Assembly: GCA_014384545.1 (NCBI GenBank)
Contig: JACNFQ010000053.1
Location: 1 to 55,163, forward strand
DNA: 55,163 nt
Reading direction: 5' to 3'
From: a bacterium
GTDB taxonomy: Bacteria > UBP7 > UBA6624
Shown: in pieces, positions 38,611-49,040 of the stretch
How the letters are laid out: each line of letters opens with the position of its first letter
How positions within the stretch are numbered: the stretch's first letter is position 1
The notes under the pieces: generated by a model
What the model was told of the DNA's origin: nothing
Seen by the model: only the letters and a program-made list of their open reading frames with translations
Database searches by the model: none
Position numbers and translations under genes: made by a program

Positions 38611-39762
38611 CTAATGGGCAGAGGGTCCTACCCATCTAGCCACAAAGAGATTCGTCTCTCCCTCTACCAAACCGTTCCGATTGCTCCCGAAAACGATCCA
38701 TTCCCCATCGGGCGAGAACATAGGAAACCCATCAAATCCTGGGTATTGGGTCACCTTCTGAGTCTTCCCTTGACCAAGAGGGAGCATGAAGAGATCAAAG
38801 CCTCTCCCTTGGGGATCGTCTTCGTTAGAGACATAGAGGACGAACTGGTCGTTGGGTGAAAGGACGGGACCAAAGTTAGCCGCACCGTTATCTGTTAGAG
38901 GGGTGCGCAACGTGCCATCGGGACGCATCGCCCATATCTCTAGTGCAGAGGGCCTCACAAGCTCTTTGTCGAACAGATCCTGAAAGACTGTCTTCTCTTC
39001 TTCCGTCTTTGCGATAGATCGTCGCCAGACAATCACCTCGCCAGAATAACCCGGAAAACTGCCGCCGTCATACCCTGGAGAATGGGTCAGGCGGACGATG
39101 CGCCTGTCGCCATCGATCGTCATCCCGTAAAGCTCCAAATCTCCGTCACGAGCACTCGTAAAGACCATTCTGTTGTTTCGATTCCAATCCACACCCTCAA
39201 CCTCGGCGTCATACCCTGGCACATCTGTTAGTTTCTCAATAATCTCACCTGTATCAGCAGCTGCTAGATAGATTTCATATGTGCCATGTATGGGCCACAC
39301 ATATCCTTGAGAATAGTCAAGGGGTGGAGGATCTTCGGCCATCTCTTCATGGGTAGAAGCGTAAATGAAGCGTTTCCCATCAGATAACCAAAAGGGGCAT
39401 GTCGTTACACCAAGCCCCGTTGAGACGAGCACGCTTTGCCCCGTAGCCAAATCATAGGTAAAGATCTGGTCAGCACCCCCCCCATCTCTTGTACTCTGGA
39501 AAAGAAGCTTGGACCCATCGGGTGACCAATACGCCTCTGCATTCTGTCCCCCAAAAGTGAGCTGTTCCAGATCAGCAAGAAAGAGTTCTTCTCCTTCAAA
39601 AAGGGGTGCGGGGGGATAGAGTTGGGGTTGTTGGAACCCCCCCACCGCCAAGACCCACTCCTCACCAGAAATCTCCCGCCCCAAAGGCGTGGGTGTGGGT
39701 CCCCCATGTCCTCCAGCTAGGAGAAAAATGAGGAGGGTGAAAGGAGGTAGGAGAGCGGGCAT
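38611..39762 (-). CDS. Secreted TolB-like (PD40) beta-propeller protein
   Basis: Signal peptide; repeats QLTFGGQNAEAYWSPDG, LTDVPGYDAE, LTHSPGYDGG and FDGFPMFSPDG. Confidence 0.88.
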   Translation of the reverse strand: MPALLPPFTLLIFLLAGGHGGPTPTPLGREISGEEWVLAVGGFQQPQLYPPAPLFEGEELFLADLEQLTFGGQNAEAYWSPDGSKLLFQSTRDGGGADQIFTYDLATGQSVLVSTGLGVTTCPFWLSDGKRFIYASTHEEMAEDPPPLDYSQGYVWPIHGTYEIYLAAADTGEIIEKLTDVPGYDAEVEGVDWNRNNRMVFTSARDGDLELYGMTIDGDRRIVRLTHSPGYDGGSFPGYSGEVIVWRRSIAKTEEEKTVFQDLFDKELVRPSALEIWAMRPDGTLRTPLTDNGAANFGPVLSPNDQFVLYVSNEDDPQGRGFDLFMLPLGQGKTQKVTQYPGFDGFPMFSPDGEWIVFGSNRNGLVEGETNLFVARWVGPSAH

Positions 39763-39788
39763 GAGGACAGCTTATTCTATCTGAATCG

Positions 39789-40532
39789 TTAGAGAAGGAA
39801 CTTGACAGCGGCAATGACGAGAACGAAACCCAGCACGTTCCGAATCATCCCTCCCGACCATCTTCCTGCTCCTGTTTTGGATCCTAGCCACCCCCCCGCC
39901 CATGCTGAAAGGGCGAAGAGAATCCAACTCTCCATGGGGAATTCAGGCCAAATGCCTGCACGGGCGATTCCCACCAACCCTGCCGCTGAATTGAGAAGGA
40001 TAAATGCCGCTGTTGTTGCGGCTGTTTCTTTGGCAGTTGCCCACCCCATCGTCAAGAGAAGGGGAGAAAGGAAGATGCCCCCACCCACACCAACCATCCC
40101 CGAAAGGGCTCCCATAATCAATCCCCAAGCCAAAGCACTGGGAAGTTTGGGTGCGACAAGGCGTTTTCTCCTTGCCTGCCCCCTGCCAAGAATGAGTCGA
40201 TACGCCGACCAAATCAGAACACCAGCTAGAACACGGCGTGTGACTTGGTCCTCTAGGGGGAATCCCGCCATCACCGCTGCGGCAGGGACTGAAGTGATGA
40301 CGAAAGGCCAAAGGAGGTTTCCCTTCAGGAATCCTCTTTTCTTGAACTGCGATGTCCCAGCCCCTGCTACTAAGATGTTTAGAGAAAGGGCGACGGCTCG
40401 CATTGAAGCGATGGGCCACCCCGCTAGAGCCATCACCGCCAGATAGCCACTAGCACCCCCATGTCCTACCGAACCATAAAGGAATGCCACCAAAGCGATA
40501 AGGGGGAACAACCAAGAGGAATCTTCCGTCAT
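39789..40532 (-). CDS. TauE/SafE (TSUP) family transporter
   Basis: YGSVGHGGASGYLA and SGMVGVGGGIFLSP. Confidence 0.92.
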   Translation of the reverse strand: MTEDSSWLFPLIALVAFLYGSVGHGGASGYLAVMALAGWPIASMRAVALSLNILVAGAGTSQFKKRGFLKGNLLWPFVITSVPAAAVMAGFPLEDQVTRRVLAGVLIWSAYRLILGRGQARRKRLVAPKLPSALAWGLIMGALSGMVGVGGGIFLSPLLLTMGWATAKETAATTAAFILLNSAAGLVGIARAGIWPEFPMESWILFALSAWAGGWLGSKTGAGRWSGGMIRNVLGFVLVIAAVKFLL

Positions 40533-40548
40533 CTGTCTTGAGGGCGTA

Positions 40549-40619
40549 CTGGGCGGGGAGGAATCGAACCTCCATTCTCGGATCCAAAGACCGATGTCTT
40601 GCCGTTAGACGACCGCCCA
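40549..40619 (-). tRNA. tRNA-Gln (TTG), CCA not encoded
   Basis: Acceptor stem TGGGCGG/CCGCCCA; D arm GTCTAACGGCAAGAC; anticodon loop CTTTGGA; T arm GGAGG-TTCGATT-CCTCC. Confidence 0.95.
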
Positions 40620-40680
40620 TCCAAGGGGGTATTATCCCACATTAACCGTGTTTCACGAGTGCGTGACCAGCAACAGCGCC

Positions 40681-41889
40681 CTAATCTCTCAAGTGAACGA
40701 GGGCGATCAAGGAATCCCCCTCTACCCGAATTGATTCTAAGAAACTAGGTAGGTTTTCGTTCGGTTCTACCCCTGCAGGAAAGAACTGTATCGCGGCACG
40801 GATCTTCTCCTTTTCAACGAGAAGGAAGATATCTGCAGTGCCCGTCTGCGCAAGTAGGTCTTGGGAGCGGGGGTCAAAGAAACCCGAACCATCCACCAAG
40901 CAAGCCTCTGTAGCGGAGCGTAAATACCCGAAATACCAAAAGGCAACGGTACACCCTTCTTGGGGAAGAAACTTAGCGACCTCCTGAACCACCCGTTGGT
41001 GGTCTTCCCATCGGACCTGAGAACGATTCATGGGATAGAGACTCAGCAACCCAAAAACCCCAAGAACGAGAGGAGCTTTTGATCTTGTTCTTGAGAAAGC
41101 GAGACATAGTGTGGCTAGGACCAAGCCTCCTGCCAACCCCCATACCGTTCCTGGAGGAAACCCCGCCCCCCACCACACCACAGTCATTCCCAATAGAACG
41201 CCCAAGAGTTGGCGCTCGTTCCTCTTCCACCACGGTAGGAAGAATAAGACGGCAGCCACCCCCACCCAAGGGAGAGGTGAGGGGTGCCCCTCTCCTCCTA
41301 ATGATAACCTCTGAATAAGCAACCCCTTTGCCCCCAAGGTCGCCGGAAGAGGAGAGCCCCACAAGAATTCGTTCAAGAGCAATACCAGAGCCAACACCCC
41401 CAATCCACCAAGAACCCATTCTCTCTTGCCCGAAAAATACGTAAATAGCCCCGCCACGCCCCATGATAGGAGGGCGTCCATCCTTGTGACGAGTGCCAAC
41501 CCCGCCCACACACCCCCCTTCTCCTTTCCAATCCAAATGGCAAGGAGAGTTAGGAAGAGGAATAGAGCTGTTCCTGGTCCAATGAGGAGGAGGTAGGGCA
41601 CGAATGGAACGAGTGCGAATAAGAGGGGCGCCCTCCACCCCCCCCACCTCCACAGCACCCAGAGGATTCCTCCCAAAGAGATGACGTTGAGTGTAAAGAC
41701 GGCTAGAACAGGTTCTAGACCTAAGGAAACGAGTGCCGTGGCTAGGTGTAGATGGAGGGGCTCGGAGACGCCCATGGAGGGGATTGCTTCTCTTTCGGGG
41801 AACCCCTCTCCTTGAGTAGCTGCCCAAGCACTCCAAGCCACCAAATGGGCATCATCACTAAGGACCGGAAGCGTCAAGAAGAATGCCAT
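40681..41889 (-). CDS. Polytopic membrane protein, possibly a GT-C glycosyltransferase
   Basis: Early SDDA acidic motif, many TM helices, LVTRMDALL, WGSPLPATLGAK and a soluble C-terminus (GYL...LVDGSG). Confidence 0.55.
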   Translation of the reverse strand: MAFFLTLPVLSDDAHLVAWSAWAATQGEGFPEREAIPSMGVSEPLHLHLATALVSLGLEPVLAVFTLNVISLGGILWVLWRWGGWRAPLLFALVPFVPYLLLIGPGTALFLFLTLLAIWIGKEKGGVWAGLALVTRMDALLSWGVAGLFTYFSGKREWVLGGLGVLALVLLLNEFLWGSPLPATLGAKGLLIQRLSLGGEGHPSPLPWVGVAAVLFFLPWWKRNERQLLGVLLGMTVVWWGAGFPPGTVWGLAGGLVLATLCLAFSRTRSKAPLVLGVFGLLSLYPMNRSQVRWEDHQRVVQEVAKFLPQEGCTVAFWYFGYLRSATEACLVDGSGFFDPRSQDLLAQTGTADIFLLVEKEKIRAAIQFFPAGVEPNENLPSFLESIRVEGDSLIALVHLRD

Positions 41890-41922
41890 AGGTTTATTAT
41901 CCCCCCATGGTAGATTAGTTCT

Positions 41923-42735
41923 ATGCCCAAAGTCCTCGTTACGGGAGCATCTTCTGGTCTGGGAAGAGCGATTGCTGTTGCTCTTGCCCAAAAGGGGTGG
42001 GAGGTCTTTGCAGGGGTGCGTGGCAAGGAAGATGGACCACCATTCAGTGGCAAAGGTGTGATCCGCCCCCTCGTTCTGGATATTACAGACCCAAAAGCAC
42101 TCTCTGCCCTCCCTTCTCAGATTGGAGAGCGGCTTGACGCTCTAGTAAACAACGCGGGTATCGTTCGTCCTGGCCCCCTTGAGATTCTGCCCCTTTCTGC
42201 CCTTCGGGAACAGTTAGAAGTGAATGTGGTGGGACAGGTTGCAGTCACTCAGGCTGTATTACCTGCCCTTAGAGAGAGAAAAGGGCGCATCGCTTTCATC
42301 AGTTCCACAAGTGGGCTCGTGACTTTTCCCTTTCTGGGTGCTTATGCCGCTAGCAAGCACGCTCTTGAAGCCGTAGGAGATGCCTTTCGGAGAGAGCTTC
42401 AGCCGTGGAGTATTGATGTTTCGTTGATAGAGCCAGGCCCCATTCGCACACCGATTTGGAAAAAAACGAGAGATTTTGTAGAAGAGAACAAGGGAGTTAT
42501 CTCGCCCCAGTCCCTATCCCTTTACGAAAAGGGGATTGAGATCTTTGAATCGGGAACGACACAAGCCGAAGAGCGTGCTGAGGATGCTTCTGTGGTGGTT
42601 GCTGCCGTTCTCCATGCCCTTCTTTCAGAGCGCCCACGAACACGATATATCGTGGGTCCAAGGAGTCGATGGAGGACCGTCTTGGCTCGCTTCCTTCCTG
42701 ATCGCTGGCTAGATAGGCGTCTAGGCGGGTCCTAG
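41923..42735 (+). CDS. Short-chain dehydrogenase/reductase
   Basis: TGASSGLG, LVNNAG, YAASK and IEPGPIRT. Confidence 0.93.
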   Translation: MPKVLVTGASSGLGRAIAVALAQKGWEVFAGVRGKEDGPPFSGKGVIRPLVLDITDPKALSALPSQIGERLDALVNNAGIVRPGPLEILPLSALREQLEVNVVGQVAVTQAVLPALRERKGRIAFISSTSGLVTFPFLGAYAASKHALEAVGDAFRRELQPWSIDVSLIEPGPIRTPIWKKTRDFVEENKGVISPQSLSLYEKGIEIFESGTTQAEERAEDASVVVAAVLHALLSERPRTRYIVGPRSRWRTVLARFLPDRWLDRRLGGS

Positions 42736-42736
42736 A

Positions 42737-44812
42737 ATGGCTCTCTTCTCCTTTCTTCTTCTTATGATTACCCCAAATCCCCCGCCATCAACTCCTCTGT
42801 CTCCAACGATAGAGAGCCACTTTGGGCGTGTGGTCAACGATCCCTATCGCTGGTTAGAGGACGGCGACTCTGACGCCGTAAAGGAATGGTCGCTGGCCCA
42901 AACAGCAAGGGCGACGACCTATCTCTCTGCTCTTCCCGCTTGGAATCCCCTTCGCAAACGCATCTCCACCCTCCTAGAGCAAGGGAGTCTTGGTCTTCCT
43001 GTTTTCAGGGGAAAGAGGGTTTTTTGGACCGAGAGAGAGGGGCTAGAAGACCATGCTAAGGTCTATTGGAAAGAAGGGGTGGAAACAGAAGTGCTTTTAG
43101 ACCCCAACGGTTGGAGTGATGACGGCACCCGAAGTTTGGACTGGTGGGTGGTTAACCGAGAGGGAACCCTCGTTGTCTATGGCGTCTCTGAGGCAGGTTC
43201 GGAGATGTCCACCACTTATGTGCTGGAAGTAGAAACAGGGAAACAACTTGAGGAAGAGATACCCTATACGCGGTGGGCAAACCCCTCTTGGCTCAAGGAC
43301 AATCGTGGTTTCTATTACAGCAGATACCCTCAACCGGGAACGGTTCCACCAGAAGAAGTTTCTTATCATAGGCGTGTCTACCTCCACATCTTGGGGACGG
43401 ACTGGGAGGACGACCCCCTTGTTTTTGGGGCGGATAGAGAGAAAGAAGAGTGGCCAAGTGCTTCCGTAGATTACTCGGGAAAGTGGCTCTTGGTGGAGGC
43501 AAGTAAAGGATGGGATGAATCGACTCTCTTCCTTGCCAACCTGACGGATGATCTTCCCCATTTCTCTTTGGTCGCCGGGGGAGACGGGCTCTATTCTGCC
43601 TTTATTGAAGAAGGTTTTATCTGGATTCTGGAACGCTCAGCGAGGTTTCCTCTTTCTCAGTTGTGGCGGGCACCCTTAGAGGACAACCCTGCCGACAGGT
43701 CCAACTGGCAGGTAGCCGTTCCCCAAAGCGATTCTCCACTCCAATCGGCGTCTTTTGTAGGAGGAAAAATCGTCCTCGCCTACGAGAAAAAGGCAACTTC
43801 CAAGATCGTCCTCCTAGACCCCCTTACACTCCAACAAGACGGTTTTCCTTTACCGGGGATTGGTTCAGTTGGCGGGCTTTCGGCACGGAGAGAGGGGGGG
43901 TTGTTTGCTTATTCCTTTGCTTCTTTTGATACCCCTCCCGTCATTTTTCAACAAGAAGCGGGCTCTTTAGAGCGTTCCGTTTGGGGGCGAATTGACTACC
44001 CTATTGACCCGAGTGGGCTACAGGTTCAACAAGTGGAATACCCCTCACAAGACGGCACCCTAGTTACGATGTTCCTCGTCCACAAGGAGGGTGTGGTTCT
44101 TGATGGCTCTAACCCGACTCTATTGACAGGTTATGGGGGGTTCAACATCTCCCAAAAACCTTATTTTTCTCCCACTCTTTTCCCGTTCCTAGAAGCAGGG
44201 GGTGTTTTTGCCCTCCCCAATCTAAGAGGTGGGGGTGAGTATGGAGAGGGTTGGCACCAAGGAGGAATGTTGAAGAATAAACAGAATAGCTTTGATGACT
44301 TTATTTCTGCCGCCGAATGGCTCATCTCCCATCACTACACTTCGCCCCAACGATTGGCGATTAGTGGGGGGAGCAACGGGGGGTTACTCGTTGGGGCTGC
44401 TATGACACAAAGACCCGACCTTTTTAAGGCGGTCGTCTGTGCTGTCCCCCTATTGGATATGGTGCGATACGACCAGTTCTTGATTGCTCGATTGTGGATT
44501 CCTGAATATGGAGACCCCTCTGTTGAGGATGATTTTCACTCGCTCTATAGCTATAGTCCCTACCACCACATCCCCACCCAAGGCTCCTTCCCTAGTCTTC
44601 TGCTGATGACGGCCAATCACGACTCTCGTGTTGATCCCCTTCACGCACGGAAGTTCGCTGCTTTGGCTCAAAGGAATCACCCCAACTCCCTCATCTTGTT
44701 ACGGGTTGAAGATGACGCAGGGCATGGTGTAGGGAAGCCCATTTCCTTTGTAATAGATGAAGTGACCGATCGCTGGGCTTTCCTCTTTGACCAATGGGGA
44801 CTCTCCCTCTAA
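42737..44812 (+). CDS. Prolyl oligopeptidase (S9A)
   Basis: DPYRWLED, GYGGF, NLRGGGEYG, GGSNGG (catalytic Ser), DSRV and AGHG. Confidence 0.95.
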   Translation: MALFSFLLLMITPNPPPSTPLSPTIESHFGRVVNDPYRWLEDGDSDAVKEWSLAQTARATTYLSALPAWNPLRKRISTLLEQGSLGLPVFRGKRVFWTEREGLEDHAKVYWKEGVETEVLLDPNGWSDDGTRSLDWWVVNREGTLVVYGVSEAGSEMSTTYVLEVETGKQLEEEIPYTRWANPSWLKDNRGFYYSRYPQPGTVPPEEVSYHRRVYLHILGTDWEDDPLVFGADREKEEWPSASVDYSGKWLLVEASKGWDESTLFLANLTDDLPHFSLVAGGDGLYSAFIEEGFIWILERSARFPLSQLWRAPLEDNPADRSNWQVAVPQSDSPLQSASFVGGKIVLAYEKKATSKIVLLDPLTLQQDGFPLPGIGSVGGLSARREGGLFAYSFASFDTPPVIFQQEAGSLERSVWGRIDYPIDPSGLQVQQVEYPSQDGTLVTMFLVHKEGVVLDGSNPTLLTGYGGFNISQKPYFSPTLFPFLEAGGVFALPNLRGGGEYGEGWHQGGMLKNKQNSFDDFISAAEWLISHHYTSPQRLAISGGSNGGLLVGAAMTQRPDLFKAVVCAVPLLDMVRYDQFLIARLWIPEYGDPSVEDDFHSLYSYSPYHHIPTQGSFPSLLLMTANHDSRVDPLHARKFAALAQRNHPNSLILLRVEDDAGHGVGKPISFVIDEVTDRWAFLFDQWGLSL

Positions 44813-44889
44813 CACCTTTTTCGGACCGTCTCGGTTCCGTCTCGTTCGCCCCTCCAAAGTCTGAATGGGGTCTTGAAGAGAGAATATAC

Positions 44890-44920
44890 GAATGCACTCT
44901 CCGTAATTCAGAGTAGATTC
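44890..44920 (+). promoter_or_regulatory. Imperfect palindrome over the putative nosZ -10 element (candidate operator)
   Basis: GAATgcACTCT-N9-AGAGTagATTC; TAGATT at 44914-44919. Confidence 0.5.
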
Positions 44921-44960
44921 CAGAATCATTCCAATAGGAGGTTTTCAAGTAAACACCACT

Positions 44961-46949
44961 ATGACAAAAAATAAGAATCTGCTTTCTTGGGGGTTGGTTG
45001 CCGCGGTACTTCTCTTCGTTGCCGTTAGCGCCTTCGCCCCTCGAACGAGCACACGACTAGGGCGAGGAGCTACTGCGATTGCTGCCGACCGGGATTTAAC
45101 CCCCGACGACATCGAAGCCGCACTAAAGACCTATATGCCCTCCGGTCGCCACGACGACTACATTATGTTCTCTTCAGGAGGACACGCAGGACAAGTCTTC
45201 GTCATTGGCTTGCCATCCATGCGCATACTCAAGACAATCGGAGTCTTTACTCCGGAGCCTTGGCAAGGTTGGGGAACAGGTGCCCAAGATACAATGGATA
45301 TCCTTGCTGATGGCGCAGTAGACGGTATAGAGATCACATGGGGGGACACCCACCACCCCGCCCTTTCTGAAACAGGGGGCGAGTATGACGGACAATGGCT
45401 CTTTATCAATGACAAGGCAAATGCTCGGGTTGCCCTTATTGACCTGAAGGACTTTGAGACAAAACAGATCGTAAAAAACCCCATCGCCATCAACGATCAC
45501 GGCGGCACCAAGGTGACGCCCGATACTGAATGGGTGATTGAGGGTGGACAATATGCCACACCTCTGGGTTATGAGTATGCACCCATAAGTGATTATGCTG
45601 ATTCCTATCGTGGAATGGTCACTTTCTGGAAGTTTGACCGATTGGCTGGGCGCATTGACAAGAGTGCCTCTTTTGCGATGGAGCTTCCTCCCTACTGGCA
45701 AGACCTTTGTGATGCTGGGAAGAAAGTGAGTGAAGGATGGGTCGTTTGTGGCTCGTTCAACTCCGAGATGGCAACCGGGGGAATTGAAGACGGAAACCCA
45801 CCCTTTGAAGCGGGTGCGTCCCAACGAGACATGGACTATCTCCATATCATCAATCTGGATGCTGCGATTCGGGTCGCTCGTGCCGGACAAACATCTGACA
45901 TAAATGGATTCCCGGTCATCTCTCTTGAGAGATCCATCGCAGAGAACCTCCTCTACTTAGCTCCCGAACCAAAAAGCCCCCATGGTGCAGACATCACGCC
46001 TGGTGGTGAATACATTGTCGTCAGTGGGAAACTCGATCCCCATGTCACGATTTACTCTTGGGCCAAGATTCAATCCTCCATTCGAGCTGGTAACCATCGT
46101 ACGGACAGTTACGGTGTCCCCATTCTTCCTTTTGACTCGGTTGTAGAAGCTCAAGTAGAGGTCGGATTGGGTCCTCTTCATACTGAGTTTGACAACCAAG
46201 GGTACGCTTACACCAGCCTCTTCCTAGAGCCAGCTGTTGCCCGCTGGACCTTGGGTGGTCCTTACGAACGCCTCCACCCAGAAAAGGGGTGGCAACTCGT
46301 CCAACAGATTCCGGTTCATTACAATGTGGGACACCTCGTTACAGCTGAAGGTGATACCGTAAGCCCCGATGGCAAATACTTGGTCTCTTTGAACAAGTGG
46401 GCATTAGACCGCTTCGCGAATGTCGGTCCCCTACTCCCTCAGAACTTCCAGTTGATTGACATTGAGAACAATGGTGATGCCATGAAGTTGCTCTATGACA
46501 TGCCTATGGGTATTGGAGAACCCCACTACGCTCAGATTATCAAAGCTGACAAACTAAACCCCTGGGAGGTCTACCCCGAGGTGGGATGGAACCCCACCAC
46601 AGGGACGATTGATGAGCACGCCGTGATGTTAGGCGAAGAGCGTGTGGAAAGACATGGAAACACCGTTGAGATCTTTATGACGGCTATCCGCAGCCACTTC
46701 ACCCCAGAGCGCATTGATATTCGAAAGGGTGATCATGTGATTTGGCACATTACAAATGTGGAGCGAGCCTACGATGCAACGCACGGATTCGCGCTACCTG
46801 GATACAACATCAATGTCTCTATTGAACCAGGCGAAGCGTTGTCTTTTGAGTTTGATGCTACCAACGATGGAGTCTTTACCTATTACTGCACAGAGTTCTG
46901 CTCTGCTCTCCACTTGGAGATGATGGGCTACCTTCAGGTACGACCGTAA
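44961..46949 (+). CDS. nosZ: Clade II (Sec-type) nitrous oxide reductase
   Basis: No Tat motif. FSSGGH; CuZ motifs GDTHHP, PKSPHG, LGPLHT and GEPHY; CuA motif CTEFCSALHLEM. Confidence 0.97.
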   Translation: MTKNKNLLSWGLVAAVLLFVAVSAFAPRTSTRLGRGATAIAADRDLTPDDIEAALKTYMPSGRHDDYIMFSSGGHAGQVFVIGLPSMRILKTIGVFTPEPWQGWGTGAQDTMDILADGAVDGIEITWGDTHHPALSETGGEYDGQWLFINDKANARVALIDLKDFETKQIVKNPIAINDHGGTKVTPDTEWVIEGGQYATPLGYEYAPISDYADSYRGMVTFWKFDRLAGRIDKSASFAMELPPYWQDLCDAGKKVSEGWVVCGSFNSEMATGGIEDGNPPFEAGASQRDMDYLHIINLDAAIRVARAGQTSDINGFPVISLERSIAENLLYLAPEPKSPHGADITPGGEYIVVSGKLDPHVTIYSWAKIQSSIRAGNHRTDSYGVPILPFDSVVEAQVEVGLGPLHTEFDNQGYAYTSLFLEPAVARWTLGGPYERLHPEKGWQLVQQIPVHYNVGHLVTAEGDTVSPDGKYLVSLNKWALDRFANVGPLLPQNFQLIDIENNGDAMKLLYDMPMGIGEPHYAQIIKADKLNPWEVYPEVGWNPTTGTIDEHAVMLGEERVERHGNTVEIFMTAIRSHFTPERIDIRKGDHVIWHITNVERAYDATHGFALPGYNINVSIEPGEALSFEFDATNDGVFTYYCTEFCSALHLEMMGYLQVRP

Positions 46950-46963
46950 CAACGATAACTACC

Positions 46964-46994
46964 GGGGGCCGGCTCGTCCGGCCCCCTATTTTTT
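46964..46994 (+). terminator. Intrinsic terminator or stabilising hairpin after nosZ
   Basis: GGGGGCCGG-CTCGT-CCGGCCCCC followed by TATTTTTT. Confidence 0.85.
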
Positions 46995-47013
46995 AAAGGA
47001 AAATAACGGATAT

Positions 47014-47676
47014 ATGACTCCATTACTTAACAGAATCTTAGGCCCCCGCATTCCCGAAGAGGATTTCAAGAAGAGACCTTTTCGGTATCTCCTGCCCAAC
47101 CTTCTCTTTACGCTCGCTGCAGTTTCTCTCATCATCTCGGTCTTCTTCCCCTTTTGGCGAATGGATTTGAAGGCTCCTCAGTATCCTCGAGGGTTGGAGT
47201 TGATTGCCTATGTCGATCACATCGGGGGTGATGTAGAAGAGTTAGACCTGATCAATCACTACATTGGGATGCGACCCTTACAAGAAGCAGCGAAGTTTGA
47301 GATGTCGATTGCCTACTATGTGATGAGTGTCTTCGCGTTATTTCTCCTTGCTGGAACCGTTATCCACACCCGATGGACCGCGTGGCTTTCCCTTCCAGCG
47401 TTTCTATTCCCCGCTGCCTTCATATTGGATATGCGTTGGTATATGAGAGAGTTTGGGATGAACCTAGACCCTAAGGCACCTCTTTCCAGCTCGGTCGACC
47501 CCTTCGTCCCAACGATTCTTGGTGAAGGAGAAGTCGCCCAATTTACCACTTTGGGATATGTCGATATCGGTTTCTGGCTTGCGTTGGGTTCTTCTGTCCT
47601 GATTATCTTCGCTCTTTGGTCTCATTGGGCTGTCTGGAGTCCCTTGGTTAGAAAGGAGGAGGGAAAGAGCAACTAG
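47014..47676 (+). CDS. nosB: NosB membrane protein
   Basis: WRMDLKAPQYPRGL, INHYIGM and FGMNLDPKAP; follows clade II nosZ. Confidence 0.88.
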   Translation: MTPLLNRILGPRIPEEDFKKRPFRYLLPNLLFTLAAVSLIISVFFPFWRMDLKAPQYPRGLELIAYVDHIGGDVEELDLINHYIGMRPLQEAAKFEMSIAYYVMSVFALFLLAGTVIHTRWTAWLSLPAFLFPAAFILDMRWYMREFGMNLDPKAPLSSSVDPFVPTILGEGEVAQFTTLGYVDIGFWLALGSSVLIIFALWSHWAVWSPLVRKEEGKSN

Positions 47677-49040
47677 TGCTCCCCCTTTGGCACCTTCTCC
47701 TCGCTTTGGCACCTGCCAATCTGACCGTTGTTTCAGGAGATGAGGGAGGGTTATCTCGGGCTCTTGCCCAAGCAGAAGCGGGCGCTGTAATTACGGTTGA
47801 GGGGGGGGTGTGGAGAGGTTCGTTCATGATAAACACCCCCCTTACGCTCATTGGGAAGAATGGGGCAACACTTGACGGAGGGGGCGAAGGAACTGTCCTC
47901 TCTATCCTTGCCCCAGATGTCACGGTTCGGGGTTTAACGATTACGGGAAGTGGTCGTCGCTTGGATGCAGAGAACTCCGGCGTTTCTGTTGAAGCGCCTC
48001 GAGCTACGATCGAGGATAACATATTGAACGAGGTTCTATTCGGTCTCTACTTGAAGAGCTCCCCCCAATCTGTCGTGAGGAATAACAGAATTACAGGGTT
48101 TCCTATCGCTGTACCAAGACGTGGGGACCCCATTCGCATTTGGGAAAGTGATGGCACTCAGGTTGTGGGCAATGTTGTAGAGAGTGGAAGGGATGTCGTC
48201 CTTTGGTTCTCTTCAGACTTGGTCGTTATGAATAACTCCATTTCCAATGGAAGGTATGGTCTTCACTTCATGTATTGCGACGGAGCGAAAGTGATAGAGA
48301 ATGCGTTCATCAACAACTCTGTAGGAGCCTTCCTTATGTTTAGCAGAGATCTAAGGATGGAGAATAACCTATTCTTGGGCAACTATGGACCGAGTGGATA
48401 TGGGGTGGGATTAAAGGATGTGGATGATGCCCTGGTCGCCGACAATCTCTTCTTGGGCAACCGCGTTGGCGTTCATATGGACAACAGCCCCAGACAAGTT
48501 GATTCGATAGGTCATGTACACCATAACGTCTTTTCTAGGAATACCCTTGGAATCTCTCTGATGCCCTCTGTTAGGAATAATGCGTTTTGGGCAAACGCTT
48601 TCTTGGAAAACGACGAACAGGTGCTCATTGCGGGCAGGGGTGGGTATGCCGCCAGTAACAGCTGGTCACATAATGGTGTTGGGAATTACTGGAGTGATTA
48701 CCGTGGCTTTGATGGGGATGGGGATGGTTTGGGTGACTACCCCTATCGTTCAGATAGACTTTTTGAGAGTATTATGGCGAGATACCCGACCCTGCGTCTC
48801 TTCGTAAACACCCCCGCAGCACGCGCCCTTGATTATGCTGCCCGGGCCTTCCCCTTGGTTGCCCCTCGACCCATTCTTGAGGATAACTACCCCTTGATTG
48901 AGATGCCACCAATTCCCCCCGCACCCAAACCCCCCATGCCCAACGGCGGACCTCTTACTGCCGCCGCGGGGGGTATCTTGCTGTTGGCAGTCACTTTGGG
49001 ATTCTTGGGTAAAGAGAGTTTTCTTGGAGGTTCCCCATGA
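47676..49040 (+). CDS. nosD: NosD CuZ maturation protein
   Basis: Beta-helix repeats; RRGDPIRIW, RYGLHFMY and GNYWSDYRGFDGDGDGLGD. Confidence 0.95.
   Translation: MLPLWHLLLALAPANLTVVSGDEGGLSRALAQAEAGAVITVEGGVWRGSFMINTPLTLIGKNGATLDGGGEGTVLSILAPDVTVRGLTITGSGRRLDAENSGVSVEAPRATIEDNILNEVLFGLYLKSSPQSVVRNNRITGFPIAVPRRGDPIRIWESDGTQVVGNVVESGRDVVLWFSSDLVVMNNSISNGRYGLHFMYCDGAKVIENAFINNSVGAFLMFSRDLRMENNLFLGNYGPSGYGVGLKDVDDALVADNLFLGNRVGVHMDNSPRQVDSIGHVHHNVFSRNTLGISLMPSVRNNAFWANAFLENDEQVLIAGRGGYAASNSWSHNGVGNYWSDYRGFDGDGDGLGDYPYRSDRLFESIMARYPTLRLFVNTPAARALDYAARAFPLVAPRPILEDNYPLIEMPPIPPAPKPPMPNGGPLTAAAGGILLLAVTLGFLGKESFLGGSP

Noticed and set aside
40549-40619. tRNA as an island integration site
   Set aside because: No integrase and no duplicated tRNA 3' end seen in the window.
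40973-41836. 287-aa alternative-frame ORF
   Set aside because: Lies inside the membrane protein gene; G/R-rich composition is typical of an off-frame reading.
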